Positions 52,001-64,000 of a stretch of 64,000 bases of DNA are shown piece after piece. This stretch comes from Botryllus schlosseri (Eukaryota): the NCBI GenBank assembly GCA_051294905.1, contig CM119386.1:2046001-2110000 (forward strand). Reading direction: 5' to 3'. Position 1 is the stretch's first letter, and every line of letters starts with the position of its first letter. The notes beneath the pieces were generated by a model. It was given only the letters and a program-made list of their open reading frames with translations, had not been told where the DNA came from and made no database searches. The translations under genes and the position numbers were made by a program.

Positions 52001-55000
52001 TGTCAGCCGAAAATATTCGGGTTCATTTCAATATGAATATACTATTCAGTTTTGTTGATGGTAAGTTGACACTCATTTTCCCTAACCGTAACGGACCCCT
52101 GCCCCCAAGTTACAGTTCAAATTTAGTGCAACTGTCTTGTGCAAATATCAACTGTAGGCTAGCGATAAACAGTAAAAAACGGCGTATCTTGAAAATAACA
52201 TACTATGGTTTTTTTGGAGTAGTGATTATGTTATGTATATCACAGGACAAAAATGGATTTCTGAAAATATTTCAACGTCACGCTGATAGACCTTACCCTT
52301 CCAAGTACTTGTTTTTTCTACAAACCCCAACAAAACGCTTATAAACAGCAATATGTTTGTATCAATAGACTATTTCCAATGTGGCACAATAGGAGATTTC
52401 ATCTCGGATGCTCATTTTGTTGATGAGCGTCACAAAGTTTTAAAAGTAATGAAGCGAAACTTGAAAACTTTTTTCTAAATTGGCTGCCGGGTTTGAAAGT
52501 TTATCAAGCACTGATTTTTAGGTGTAGTCAGGAAGTTTTTGACTAAATGAGTTTCAACTATGTTTTCTACTGAAAAAAAAGGTAAATTTATAATAACCAG
52601 ATGGTCATTTACAGTGCAGCTGGCATTTTATTCGACCATCGTGGGCCTGTATCTACTACGTTATTGTTCGTTTTTGAGACGGTGTTCCAGTAGAGTGGTA
52701 ATTTACGAAACAGGCCAAAACTACTCCCAGCAACAAAAATTTATTAGTATCGGGATTGCGGTATTCATTCAAGATGACTAATACAGAAACTGCACTCTGC
52801 CGGACTATAGTTCCGCCATAGTTTGCACTGTACAATTAGTCCGTTTTTCAGTGATGAATGCTGGTTATTGTTCAATGTGCGATTCCATCGGACGATTTAT
52901 CTTCTGTCTGACAAATTCTCTTTTAAGTGTTTCTATGTGATGAGGGCAATATCGCTGATCAATTGTGCCAACGACGTTAATTAGCTTCTGCAAGCCCTTG
53001 ACAGTAAAAGGCTGTGTCACCAAGTTTTTATCATGCCAATATGCCTGAAGAATCTTCCTTGAACGTTCGCGTAAGATAAGTGTGCAGACATTAAACTACT
53101 GCCCGTTATGTAATTTTCAGACAGTGGGAGCTCTCGAATTCGCATACCCCTTCAACGCTTGCTCCAAGTTGCAAGATTCCGACAATTTGCGAGGAAAAAT
53201 CGTATTAGCCGGACGCGGCGACTGCATGTTTGTGACCAAGGTTCTGAACATCGAGCTTGCAGGCGGGGTGGCTGCGTTGATCATAGGTAATAAACTGATT
53301 GCTTATCTTGATTATGATGTTATCTAAACCGAATGACTTTCATTCTTTGTGTGCTGTCCAGTCGTGCTGAGGGTTATGCTATCTTATAGGCTTCAATATA
53401 GTAAGGTTGCAGGAGTAGCATAGCTTTTTAGGAGATATGTTCAAATGAGATTAGATATCTTGCATAAATTCCAGTCATGTCATCTACTCTATAAGATAAT
53501 CTTTGAATTGCCTGTCAATTGCCTATTATAGAGTCGGTTGAGATGTCACTGGGCTAATTTTCGGATGAAGACGCTGGTAATCGCTGTATATACTTGGATA
53601 TGATGACTGCAAATGAATTTGTCAATTGCCATATCCGGCAGTCGATCATTAGCCGTTGGCGGGTCGTTGAGTGGATTCTTTGCTCGTTAATTCATGTTGG
53701 ATTGCTTCTTTCCATAGGCCGCACGCACTGAAATACCCGCTATGCCTATCTTGTGTCTAATGTTGTATGTTCGAATAGGCCTTTTGTGTGCTGTATTTTC
53801 GCACGGTATTACAACTTAATATGTTTTGCTCTGCTGGTTTTTTATGTGTCAGTACGGTGGCACTACAAAGTTCAAATGACAAAACATGTTGATCTCATTT
53901 TCAATTCGCCACCGAGTCTAGTCTGAGTCCGAAGGTTCGAGTCAAAGTCACTGTGTTCACTGTGCATTCTGGGGTTTAATCCTGTTAAATTCACGTTTTT
54001 ACAACTCTGTTTGGGTTGTATTGAATGCCACACATTCATAATATTGTAATTTTTGTCACTTTACACAGTTTTTGGCCCCATATTACAAACACAAGTACTG
54101 GCAGACGAAATACCAATAATATGGTAGCTTACTTTTCATCGCAGTGACAACGACTGTCTTGGCCTTCCGCTACTCGAGTCGAGTCATTTTCCATATTTTA
54201 GAAAATGACTCGAGTTAAGCCGAGTCACCAAAACAATTCGACTCGAGTCATTACAGCCCTGCATCACATAGATTATCATATATTAACCCTTACGAGGTGG
54301 GCGTATCATATATGACATGGCATGTCTCCGACACCGATTTCTCCATGTTGACACGCCCTAGACATCGGGTACTACGTTTTTTGAAAAGCCGAGACTTTTC
54401 CGATGTATTTGGTACCTTACTCAAAAATTTTGGTTTATAAAAATAAACAAAAAATTGAAAATAAAATAAAATATGGTTATCACCTAAAACTTCCGGATAT
54501 TTTCCGAGTGGGAAATATTGTCGGAAAATCTGCCAGAACATCAGAAGTCGACATGTACGGTTTTCTGTGTAAATTTTCACCGTTTCAAACATCAATACGT
54601 TTTCTGAGGGGGATTTGTAAATTTTGGTCACGCTTCAGTGCAAATTCAATCAGCATATGAGTCATAAACAGGTATACTATGCCTGCAAATGGTTGGATAT
54701 GACAAAAGAAAGCATATCGCGTTGTTTTATGCCATAAACCGGACTGTAGGGGCCGATTGAGTCTTGATCATGAACTTGACCTTGATGACCACTCACTGAC
54801 CACGCCCATTTGTAAATTTTATATGTATTTTCCATTTTTCGATATCTAACGAACCGCGCGGTTTACAACCATGGTTTACGGTTTGTTTGAAACCAGGCAA
54901 CAGTGGCTACGCACTGAAGCATCACATTCCTCTCTCTGACGCCATCCTGAGGGTCAGCCTTGAAAATTGAGAGAGAGATATTTTTTTGGGGGAAAAGCTC

Positions 55001-57390
55001 GTTTATTTAAACTTATTAAAAAACCTCAGACACGTCATGGGGTGTCGATCAAGGGTGGAATCGGTAGAGGGCTATACTCCGCCCACTTTTAAACTGGAAC
55101 GGCCCAGATTCAAGACCTGGTGGGGTCACGGTGAGAATTTGAAAAGTGAAGGTCAATTCTGCAAAATATGGCCCCACCTCGTAAGGGTTAAGGGCATAAG
55201 GACCAAGACAGACATTTCAAAGAATAGTGAAGTAACCAATGATTCGTATTTCGCCCATCAGTCCTGATACTTGGAAAATAGGGCCAGAAACTGTTGGAAC
55301 TGAGTAAAATGACGATATTATGAATGCAAGCCCTAGCCCTTCTATATCACTCTGGCAAAGTTTAACAATTAAATAGTATATTCATATTGAATCTATCCTG
55401 TCGTTTTTCGACTTATTTCGCTTCAATATGAATATATTATTTAATTGTATATTGAAGTTCTATACCTCCAAGAAGTTCTTCAAAGTTTAACAAAGTGAAT
55501 TACACCGCATTAAACTCAAAACTGAACAGAGAACACAATGACTATGACGCTATGACTCAGACTTGACTCGAGGCAACACTTTTAAAGGAAGATTGAGTTG
55601 TGACTCGGGACCTTGTGACTTGGTTACAACCCTGATATAAGGTATAAGTATTCCTGATGTTTTGAAATGTGAAACGCAGATCTCGGGGCTAAATCGTTTG
55701 TAACGTTCATAGTAATATTCGATAAACGACTCATTCTTCCAGATAACAATTCCGAGTCGGCCTTTGCGGAAGGCCCCGCGTTCACGATGGCCGGTGACGG
55801 TTCCACGGAGACTTCGATCCCTTCTGCGTTCTTGTTCTCGAAAGAGGCCAAAATAATCCAAGCCTGCTTGGAAGAGTTCGGCCTCGAACAGGAGTCCTTG
55901 GTGATATCGATGGGCTACCAACAGAAGTCGCTGGGTAAGGTTTAATACTGATCTTGGTCGATGGTTGTCACCATTTTCAGCTTTAGAAACAGTAAATTTA
56001 AAAATGAGTTTTGCTGACCCATGAAACTTCGAAAATCCTATAAATATATTTCGAGAGGGCGGTGAATCGAAAAAAGTTGAGTTTATATTCAAAAGAACTG
56101 TGACTTTGCTGTTTGCTGATCTATATTTTATCACTAAATTCTTGTGTCAAAATTTATGGGATTTTCATTAAAAAGTCTTCTTAGCTTCCACACGTAACTG
56201 GAATCAAACGAACTTCAGGCTTTTAAACGTTGGGTGTAATGCTAGCAGCATCGTGATGAGCACTAGTTTTAAAGTGGTGAACTCTACATTCCGACACGCT
56301 GCAGAAAATTTGTTCCGAATTTCTACACCGATTTTAAATTTGGTGCTAGATCTCTCTAATTATATGACATGCGCCCGTCTTGTTGCATTATGCGATTGAG
56401 ATTTATAAAATTTTAGTAGATTCGGATGACCGTCGGTAAAATGTGGTGTTTTTCAACCACTTAATACAATAAATCATACCAAGCACCGAACACAAATTCT
56501 GTAATGATGGCAAATAAGCACAGATACAGTATAATGAATCCAGTTTTTTTCTTTAATGCGACATCGTTGCATGTTCGAATTCGGGGTGGCTGTCATAAAA
56601 ATCCTCGAATGGGAGATTTCAACCTAAATTTAACATTGGATTCGAATGGTAAAATTACTCATTCGGTTTTAGGGATTGTATTTGATGTCGCAAGGTTAAT
56701 AAGGGATAGGTTCTGGATTGGAATTCCAACTAGGATTGTGGAATTATGGTAAGAAACCATTTAAAATCGATGAATTCGATTGACGATATGAGGCAAATTT
56801 ATTAGTTCAAGAATTACCGAGTCATGGTTAGCAGCAAAGTCGCGATTTGGATTTGGGCACGGAGTTCAAAGTGCTGGTGAGAAATGCTTTTAACTTCCAG
56901 GTGTTTATTAATATGTCACGGTCTCATAGTAAAGATGAAATCAGGAAAAATTTTTTGACCGCTTTCATTTTCTTCCGAAAGTCACCGTAATGGTACTGAA
57001 TCTATATATAGGTTAATGTAGAAGTAGTATACATATAAATGAATCTCTATGGTGTGGCGTCCTGCGGTTCTACTACTAGTTGATTAGCAGTACTGACTGC
57101 TTTGACGCCTCTGCACAATTTTACAACATTTGTGTGAACTATCCAATCGTACATTAAATTGTGTACCTCTAAGAAACTCTTCAATTATTATTATTAATCA
57201 TCATCTGTTTTCTACAGACGAGGTCATAAGGGACTATGGCTCGGAAACATCAGGAAGCGGGCAAAATGGTAAGGAGAAGGAGAGTCCGCCACCTGAAAAC
57301 AGTTCGACGTTAGAACCTGACGGCGAATCTAAATCATCTTCCGACAAAACCAAGGAATCGGACGGTTTAAAACACAAGGACGAACTTTAA
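40001..57390 (+). CDS. EDEM3: ER degradation-enhancing alpha-mannosidase-like protein 3 (GH47 + PA domain, C-terminal KDEL)
   Basis: Seventeen exons whose phases sum to 2565 nt (854 aa + stop): 40001-40125, 41022-41168, 42115-42267, 43065-43218, 43704-43809, 43966-44083, 44141-44252, 45982-46098, 48117-48284, 48368-48463, 49758-49973, 50226-50386, 50934-51129, 51700-51864, 53121-53286, 55743-55934, 57218-57390. Motifs: [78 protein letters not shown]; PA domain [16 protein letters not shown]; ends HKDEL*. Confidence 0.96.
41540..41985. mobile_element. Palindromic MITE family with ATTGAAATGAACCCGAATATTTTCGGCTGACACTC arms
   Basis: Long inverted arms at 41585-41670 and 41875-41955; other copies or half copies at ~1135-1310, 8995-9062, 45525-45625, 48690-48795, 51998-52047, 55375-55480. 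Confidence 0.8.
47210..47272. repeat. 21-bp unit x3 at a MITE terminus
   Basis: TTTTTCGGATCTCAAAATATG repeated three times, followed by GCAACCC. Confidence 0.85.
47337..47878. mobile_element. hAT-type MITE of the GACTCGAGTC-rich family (full-length exemplar, 542 bp)
   Basis: TIR (C/A)AGGGTTGTAA...TTACAACCCTG; perfect 8-bp TSD ATTCACAC (47329-47336, 47879-47886). Related copies at ~2440-2760, 9735-10275, 16120-16580, 23915-24430, 40385-40895, 46378-46906, 49415-49740, 53870-54261, 55545-55634. Confidence 0.92.
54287..55187. mobile_element. piggyBac-type non-autonomous element (901 bp)
   Basis: TTAA on both sides (54283-54286, 55188-55191); TIR CCCTTACGAGGTGGG. Confidence 0.9.
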
Positions 57391-57767
57391 CGACCAGCGC
57401 CGCGCGCCGTACAAAATGCACTTAACAGACGCCTCATTGTATGCACCGGGTGGGAAGCGTGGATGTCGGAGGCCGCTGCCGTCTTTTTCTTTAGGAAATC
57501 ATGGGATTAACGGGAGGATCCCGGATATTATCCGAACTGTGCAATATACGAGTGCAGAGTGTGTTGAACGGTGATTCCAACGAGTTTACGTTGTTGGCAT
57601 AGCGAAATTCATTTGACAAGCTGTGTGTTTCGCGATTTAGATCGTCCTGGGAAGTGCGCATTTGATTTGTCCGAACAATGTTGTGCGCGTTAGTTCAAGC
57701 TATATTGTCTTTGGTTCGTTGAACTGCTGTATCGACGCGTGGTTGACCTTTAGTTCATTATTCCCAT

Positions 57768-58339
57768 TAGGGCTGTTCGAAATTATTTACAGATTCCAGT
57801 GATTCACTGATTAAATTTGCAGGTTACCCAGAAAAACCCTGCATACCAAATTAGGTTCAATTCCAACAAGTATAAGCTGCCGCAGAGCCAATTAAAATTT
57901 TCAATTTATTATGAAAAATTTGAAAAAAAAATTCCGATTTTTTTTGTCAATCCCATGAAATTGTTGAGTTGTCTTCAAAAACGATGCGAAACAAATTTGA
58001 CTCTATTCCAACCCGTAGAAGCGGAGTTATTTGAGTTTTTCATTAATAATTCTGGGATTACCCACCCACCGACAATGCTAGTTTTGCAAATCCAGCACTT
58101 TCAGCTGCATTAACTTCACTTATACGGGTTGGAATTGAGTCAAATTTGTTTCGCATCGTTTTTGAAGACAACTCAACAATTTCATGGGGTTGAAAGAAAT
58201 TTTTTCTTTTAATTTTTCATAATAAAGAATTTAAATTGGCTCTGCGGTGGCTTATGCTTGTTGGAATTGAGCAAAATTTGGTGTGCTGCGTTTTTCTAGG
58301 GAATCACTGGAATCTGGAAGTTATTTTAGAACAACCCTA
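57768..58339. mobile_element. hAT-like palindromic MITE (TAGGGCTGTTC...GAACAACCCTA)
   Basis: Inverted termini, flanks ATTCCCAT / GCTCCCAT (6 of 8 match), internal long inverted repeat. Relatives at 22239-22584, 22597-22871 and ~43376-43600. Confidence 0.75.
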
Positions 58340-59199
58340 GCTCCCATGCTTCTGTCATCAAATATTCGTAAACGGTGATAATCGTTGATGACACGTGCCA
58401 AAAATATGGTAATTAGTTGTGAATCGGATTAAATTTTGCTTCCGATAAGTTTCATATCTGGACATGAAAAACCTACGGTAATTTTTTATCGAAATCAACT
58501 TATTTAATCATATTGGCTGGTGCCGCAAGGTTTTAGAAATTGAAGTAGAACATCCTGGCCAAAATAGTCATCAATCCTGAAAGTACGCTAATCTGCCAAA
58601 AAGAGTGGTGCAGTTGCTCGGAAAATATATTTTCTTCTTTTACGGAAGCAGTGCTCCCCAGAAAAATATTGACAATTGTCAAAACGAATCAAACAATAAC
58701 GTGAGGGTGGTTTCTGCTATGCATGCAGTGTATACCGGCCTGCTGGCGTATTTTCTCATTTCTTTGCCAACGCAGGGTGCTCAATGCTGCACGCTTTTAT
58801 CGCTGCTGGTGCAGAATACCGACTTTTATTCGCATGGTGCGCGTTTGTGGTAGGCTATGACATTGCTTCATTGATTCTTTACTCTTTTGTGTGTGATTGG
58901 GGATGCTGAGGTCTTAAAAAACTTGATTGATTGAGTTATTTTGAAATTAGTATTTTCGATATGAGCCGACATTTTTCCAATTAACTTCGAGGTATTAGCC
59001 CTAAATTTTCAAGGTGATGATTCATATCTACCTCTCGTTGAGTTTTGGTGGCCTGGCCCAAAATGATTTTTATTAGAACATAAATCTCCAAAGTTTTCTG
59101 CAATCCGAGCGTACCTTTGCCTTTTAGTTTCCAGGGACATTTGTACAACTGAATACTCGTCTTAATTTGTGAAGGACCCAACAAAAAGGTTCGGGTGTT

Positions 59200-60170
59200 T
59201 CATATTTGTAGAGCCATACAATGATTCAAAGTTTTTTTGTGAATCTACAACCAGGTTTCCTTGTCAGGAACACAATCATTTCTGTCACAGGAAATGAGGA
59301 TTATTGAATTTGGTATCTTCTGATTCTTGTTCTGATTTCTGGCTTGTTTTCCGAATGAACCCAGACTAAATAAAGACTGCCTCTGGGTGTCTTCCTCTAA
59401 AAACAGTAGGCTATGGATTGAATTTAAGATCGAATTTAATATCATTGTGGTGCAATCACAAACAGATACATGCTAGTCAGAATACTTGTCGCGATGCAGC
59501 ATTTACATGTCTTATGTACTGATTTTGACCTGCGGTTAAAGTAATTGTGTTACCCGTATGGGTGAATTAATAGACCGTACCAATGATTCTCAATATATTT
59601 GATTTTCCTCATGTTAATGGTAAGGATCTGTGCTCAGTCATCCAAAATAACGATCAATTTCTAGTAGTTTTTGTTCATTGACTGTATTGTTAGCGCTGCT
59701 ATCTTCAAATCCACATATTTCCTGGAATATATCAATAGAATTAAATATTAATGTGTTAAGATCAAAACAAGATATTCTTTCCTTTTATGCTTTTTTAGTG
59801 TTCCTGTTTACTTCGCTCCATACAACCTATCGATGACCCTCTTGCTGTTTCCGAATTCTGAAATATCTCTATTTTCCTGATGGTATGTGTATTTATATAT
59901 TCAAGTCTCTGTGTCCGTTGTTGTTGATGATAGTAAATATGAACTGGCGTGGGTTGAATCTCTCGCACTGTGTTTTACTGCCTTCATTAATATATATTTT
60001 TCAAGCTTCTGTTGGTTCCAGCATAAATAGTAATGCCTTGGGCAAGCAATAAAAGGATGACTGGATAATGTTTGGAAGTGACTGGTCTCTGATATTAGTT
60101 TAGTGATTATGGACAGGTCAAGGTTATCCGGGACAAGAATGGTAATCCTGTTTCGGATTCGGGATATTTT
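59200..60170 (-). mobile_element. Degenerate LINE remnant
   Basis: Fragmented minus-strand frames with endonuclease/RT-linker-like composition (a degenerate match to the PTRVT motif near 59550); no intact ORF. Confidence 0.3.
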
Positions 60171-60172
60171 CA

Positions 60173-60360
60173 TGCGGAGGAGATAGCGTAGCGGTGAGCG
60201 TCAGCGCCGTCTATGCAGGCGGCCGGCGTCGGAGGTATTTCTAGGCTCCTTGTCCCCGTGTCACTGTATTTACGGCGACAAAAAGCCCAGTGAAAGATCT
60301 ATTGAAGAATGAAAGAAAAGAGCAAGAGATAGCGTCTAACAGGACCGACGAATAAAAGTG
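60173..60360 (+). mobile_element. SINE-related element (partial)
   Basis: GGAGATAGCGTAGCGG head, CGTCGGAGG...CTAGGCTCCT...CCCGTGTCAC core. Confidence 0.6.
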
Positions 60361-60986
60361 ACCAGCGACCTGTTCTTGAGTTGGCGACCCGTTTTAAACG
60401 AAGCCACTTGTTTTGAGTATAACCCTACCCAACGTCCAAGAAAACAAATCATGAAAATGAACGGGAAAGTAGAGTTTGAATTTCGTATTAAAGTGGGCTA
60501 CATTACGTTAATAAATTCATTGAACACGGTTTTCAGTCTTTAGAAATCGCTTAAAGTTTACGTTAAATACGATATATTCCCGGTATAAGTGAATAAATTC
60601 GCGATTAATGTATCGATTCAGGAATCCGGCCCGCCGAGTGTCAGGTCCACCAACTGGAGAAGTTACCCGCCCCTGGCCTAGGCCAAGGTGGGTGTCTGAT
60701 TTCAAAGACTATTCCAAGTGGTTTCGACACCTTCCCATCTACATATTTTCATTGTATCGCAATTTTTGTGGTATACTGAACTGATAAATAATGCTGACCA
60801 AGCGGACAGAACAGAAAAAAAATGCAGAAATATCCGGCTCGAGTCCGAATTTCGATTGATTTGGTCTGGTGAGTACGGGGAAATCCCTTGAATGTGCATC
60901 CCGTTTACAAGATATTGAATCTTCTTTAATTTTGTAATTCCGGAGTTGTAATTGCTTGGAAGGCCTTGTATCGAAGAAATCGTGAC

Positions 60987-63746
60987 ATGAATATTTCAAG
61001 ACGTACAAGTATATTGAAACGACGTTACAAGCCATCAACGTACCGTTTGAAATTGTCAAGGAAGCAAACAAATCAGGGTTTCGACAACAGCCAGATGGTG
61101 AAGTCACACGAAGCTCAGTGCTTAAATTTGGTCCGGTATGCTCGACGATACGCCCCTAAATCCTTTCAATTGGTTACTAATTGCTAATGTTGCAGAAAAG
61201 GTGACTGGGAAGGATACGTTTGCACGCTGCTATTCCCCAAGGTCCCCAGAAAGTCTGCCTTCGCAATTCGTGCTTTTAATACGGAATTATCGCGGGTGGG
61301 TGCAGTATTGGTTTTTATGTGAGTCAAATGATGATAAAGCAATATATTTCGACATTCGACTGAATTCTGAGTGATTTTCTTCAATTAACAGAAAGGGTCA
61401 GAGTCTTCAAAGATTTTTTATTGTTTATCCTTCTATATTAAACATTGAATTTTAATTATAACATAGGAAATGAAATAGGAAAACATGTATAGTTAAGAAT
61501 CATACATACAATTAGACATGTATCATTGAAAGAATTTGGGCCTGCTTTGGAAGTGGGAATTTCTACTTATAGAATTTTAGTTGAGTATGTCAATTACACA
61601 ACAATACTACTACTTGAGTAGCCAGTGCCCCATTACCACATGTGTGTTAGTAAATGCGACGTATTGAGTATAGGTAGTAGCTCTATTGCTGTTCAGCTAG
61701 CATGTTGTCTGCAAACCTACTTCTGTGTAGTGTATTTTAGTATGCCAATACTTTATATTCCATCTTACCCACAGGTTGCCGATTCTGTATCAGGAAAATC
61801 TTTGGGATTCATGAGGTTTCATTTTTGGAAGCAAAATCTCGATTCAATATATCAATCCGTCCCTCCAAATGGCCCTGTAGGTGGTGAGCTGTATCGTGCT
61901 GTGCAGCGGCATGGGCTGTCTAAAAGTTGGTTGAAAAGAATGATTTCGGCGCGGGTGAGTTTGAAATTGGTCTAGATCCCAACAGTATACATTTTCTCGC
62001 GTACCGTACCCTCTTTTTGTGTACTGGACAGCATCCATATAGGACAGTGTGAAACTGGTCTCGCAATCTGTAGGCCCGGACTCAAGGCACATTGGTCATA
62101 GTCAACCTTGAACAGAGCCTCTAATGACCAAATTCCATATTTATATATGAATATACATATATTCTATATAGAACAACTAGTAGTGAACAGTGTACAACTG
62201 TATGTACAATCAGACCCTAAACTGTGTTCTGTGTGATATACGGATCAATATTGCCAAGTTGTTATAATGCTTAACCCATAATGAACAAGCACATTATTCC
62301 AACGGCAGACTTTCAACTCGACAGATGTAACAAGTCAAATGTAAGGTATCATGAAAAGGGTTTACAAGTAGTTTATACCAAGTACTAAATAAGTTTATGG
62401 ATTACCAAGGAAAAGTAAAAGTTGGCCTACCAAGTTATGGACCACCACTGCTTATAAACATGGTAGGCCATAATAGACTTCATTGTTTGCTAAATCATAT
62501 GCATTAAATAGCTTGTTATCCAAGGGAAAACTTTAAACAGTCACTATTGTTGGAAGAACTTATAGTTGAATAAGTTGGACTTCAGCTTGGCAATATATGA
62601 AATTCCATGTCTTTCTTTCTTTTAATTTCGTTTTAGAACGCTATGTCAAGTGCCTTTTCACCAGTCGGCACAGGGAAGGGTATCTTCACTTGCCTTACTT
62701 TACTCTCCATTTTTAATATGTAACTCGGTATTTGGACACTGAAATTCATTTGTCTGATCAGTGATCATGTCTCAAAATAGATACTCATTATTATGCATAT
62801 TAGATTCTGAATGAGTGGTGATCTGCTCAGCTGGATGTTAGTAATGACAGAATGTCTTTAATATGTTAGTAGTTTTTTCTTTAATTTTTAGGAAGATCAC
62901 TTAGATTCTGGTTTCAACAATATTAAGCAACTCGAAGACTACGCTGACAACACAAGCACAGCACAACTTTGTTTACTTTTACAATGTTTAGGTGAGTTCA
63001 GAGTATGCCAACGAGTCTTTTTAATATTACAATTCTTCTGTTTAAAACAGTTTCTATGCGTTTTATCTGAGGTTCTAACACATTGATGCACACTGCACAG
63101 TGACCTTGCTTTTGATAAATATTGGAAAGAAACGATATATTCGATGAAATGACATCTTGGTTTTGACCATTTTTAGCTAGCTTGTGGACACGTGCCGCAA
63201 CTGGGGAGCAGTCGATGCAATATTAGAATCCGCCAGCCAATTAGAATAGGAAATACATGTTCATAGCACAATCTAGCCACCACTTGTCTTTTACCTGCTA
63301 TTTCTATGCAGTTTTAGTCCTCAATCCTCATTCACAGGCAGTAATTAGATAGCAAATCTGTGAAGTCATAATTGGTTGCATAAAGATATCATTTATATGG
63401 TTGACAAGTCTTTATCTTATACTGTTGCAAGAACAGTTGAACACCAGAAACCTTGCGCTAGAAGGTGGATTCTCATTTCATAGTGTAGTTTGCAATGAAT
63501 GTATTTAATTCTTGCTATTACGCGGCTAATTTCATGTTTTGTATTAGTATATCTTACTCATTTATTATGTGTACAATGGATATTTTATGCTAATTGGCAT
63601 TTGTGTTCTCAGGTATAGAGGACGTGAACTGTGATCACGTTGCAAGTCATATCGGTAAAGCCCATGGTATTGTAACAGCGCTGCGGGCAACGCCTTATCA
63701 CGCTGTGAGAAACAGGGTCTATATACCTTTGGAATTCTTGATTAAG
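60987..63746 (+). CDS. NDUFAF6: NADH dehydrogenase complex I assembly factor 6 (squalene/phytoene synthase fold), 5' part; continues beyond window
   Basis: Exons 60987-61135 (Arg-rich, presequence-like [13 protein letters not shown]...CLNLVR), 61196-61295 ([14 protein letters not shown]...[12 protein letters not shown]), 61775-61954 ([19 protein letters not shown]...LKRMISAR), 62892-62991 ([12 protein letters not shown]), 63613-63746 ([23 protein letters not shown]). Phases are consistent and the motifs match NDUFAF6 as recalled. Confidence 0.9.
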
Positions 63747-64000
63747 GTAACATTCTTACACATATTTAGCGATAATCGCCACTACTATTTGACACCAAAC
63801 ATAGTCATGCGATACTGCTGATGCCGAATATCTCACTCTAAATGAGGGATGGGAGAAAAGCCAGGTTTGCTTTCATAAGCCAGTCCCCATCCTCAACCTC
63901 TTGGTATATTTCTTTTGTGGGCGGCTGAAACCGAGTTGGTCGACCTGAGTGATCTGATTCCGTATTGAGTATAAAAGGTTGAGTCTTTGAGTACCTCTTA

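Noticed and set aside
55550-56134. 194-aa minus-strand ORF
   Set aside because: Antisense to an EDEM3 exon plus a MITE fragment.
60517-60899. Two overlapping minus-strand ORFs as a divergent gene next to NDUFAF6
   Set aside because: They are in different frames, with no recognisable domain and no supported splice sites; cannot be distinguished from promoter or UTR sequence.
61844-62092. Minus-strand RT-like fragment (HPRRNHSF...IQL)
   Set aside because: It is the antisense of a well-supported NDUFAF6 exon (61775-61954).

Overview
Eukaryotic (animal, invertebrate-like) genomic DNA: AT-rich, GT-AG introns, very dense in MITEs and SINEs. Four spliced host genes lie on the + strand. (1) The 3' part of a Vav guanine-nucleotide exchange factor (SH3-SH2-SH3; ~888-11810). 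(2) A single-pass LRR membrane protein with two LRR modules (13980 to at least 23630). (3) EDEM3 (GH47 + PA domain + KDEL; 40001-57390). (4) The 5' part of NDUFAF6 (60987 to past the window end). The standout is a 9,852-bp Foldback-like DNA transposon (27630-37481). It has a perfect 8-bp target-site duplication (GTTTGAAT) and very long, near-identical inverted arms (about 2.8 kb each as they stand) that contain 195-bp tandem arrays. Its core carries a spliced gene for a Mutator-type DDE transposase fused to a Ulp1/C48 SUMO-protease domain and a PHD finger. The element is inserted in a CR1/L2-type LINE reverse transcriptase ORF, which rejoins in frame when the element is removed. It also carries a SINE mirrored in both arms, a TA-flanked MITE in one arm, and a 3' fragment of an RLE-type retrotransposon. 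All gene models and alignments were read by eye; family names come from recalled motifs, not database searches.
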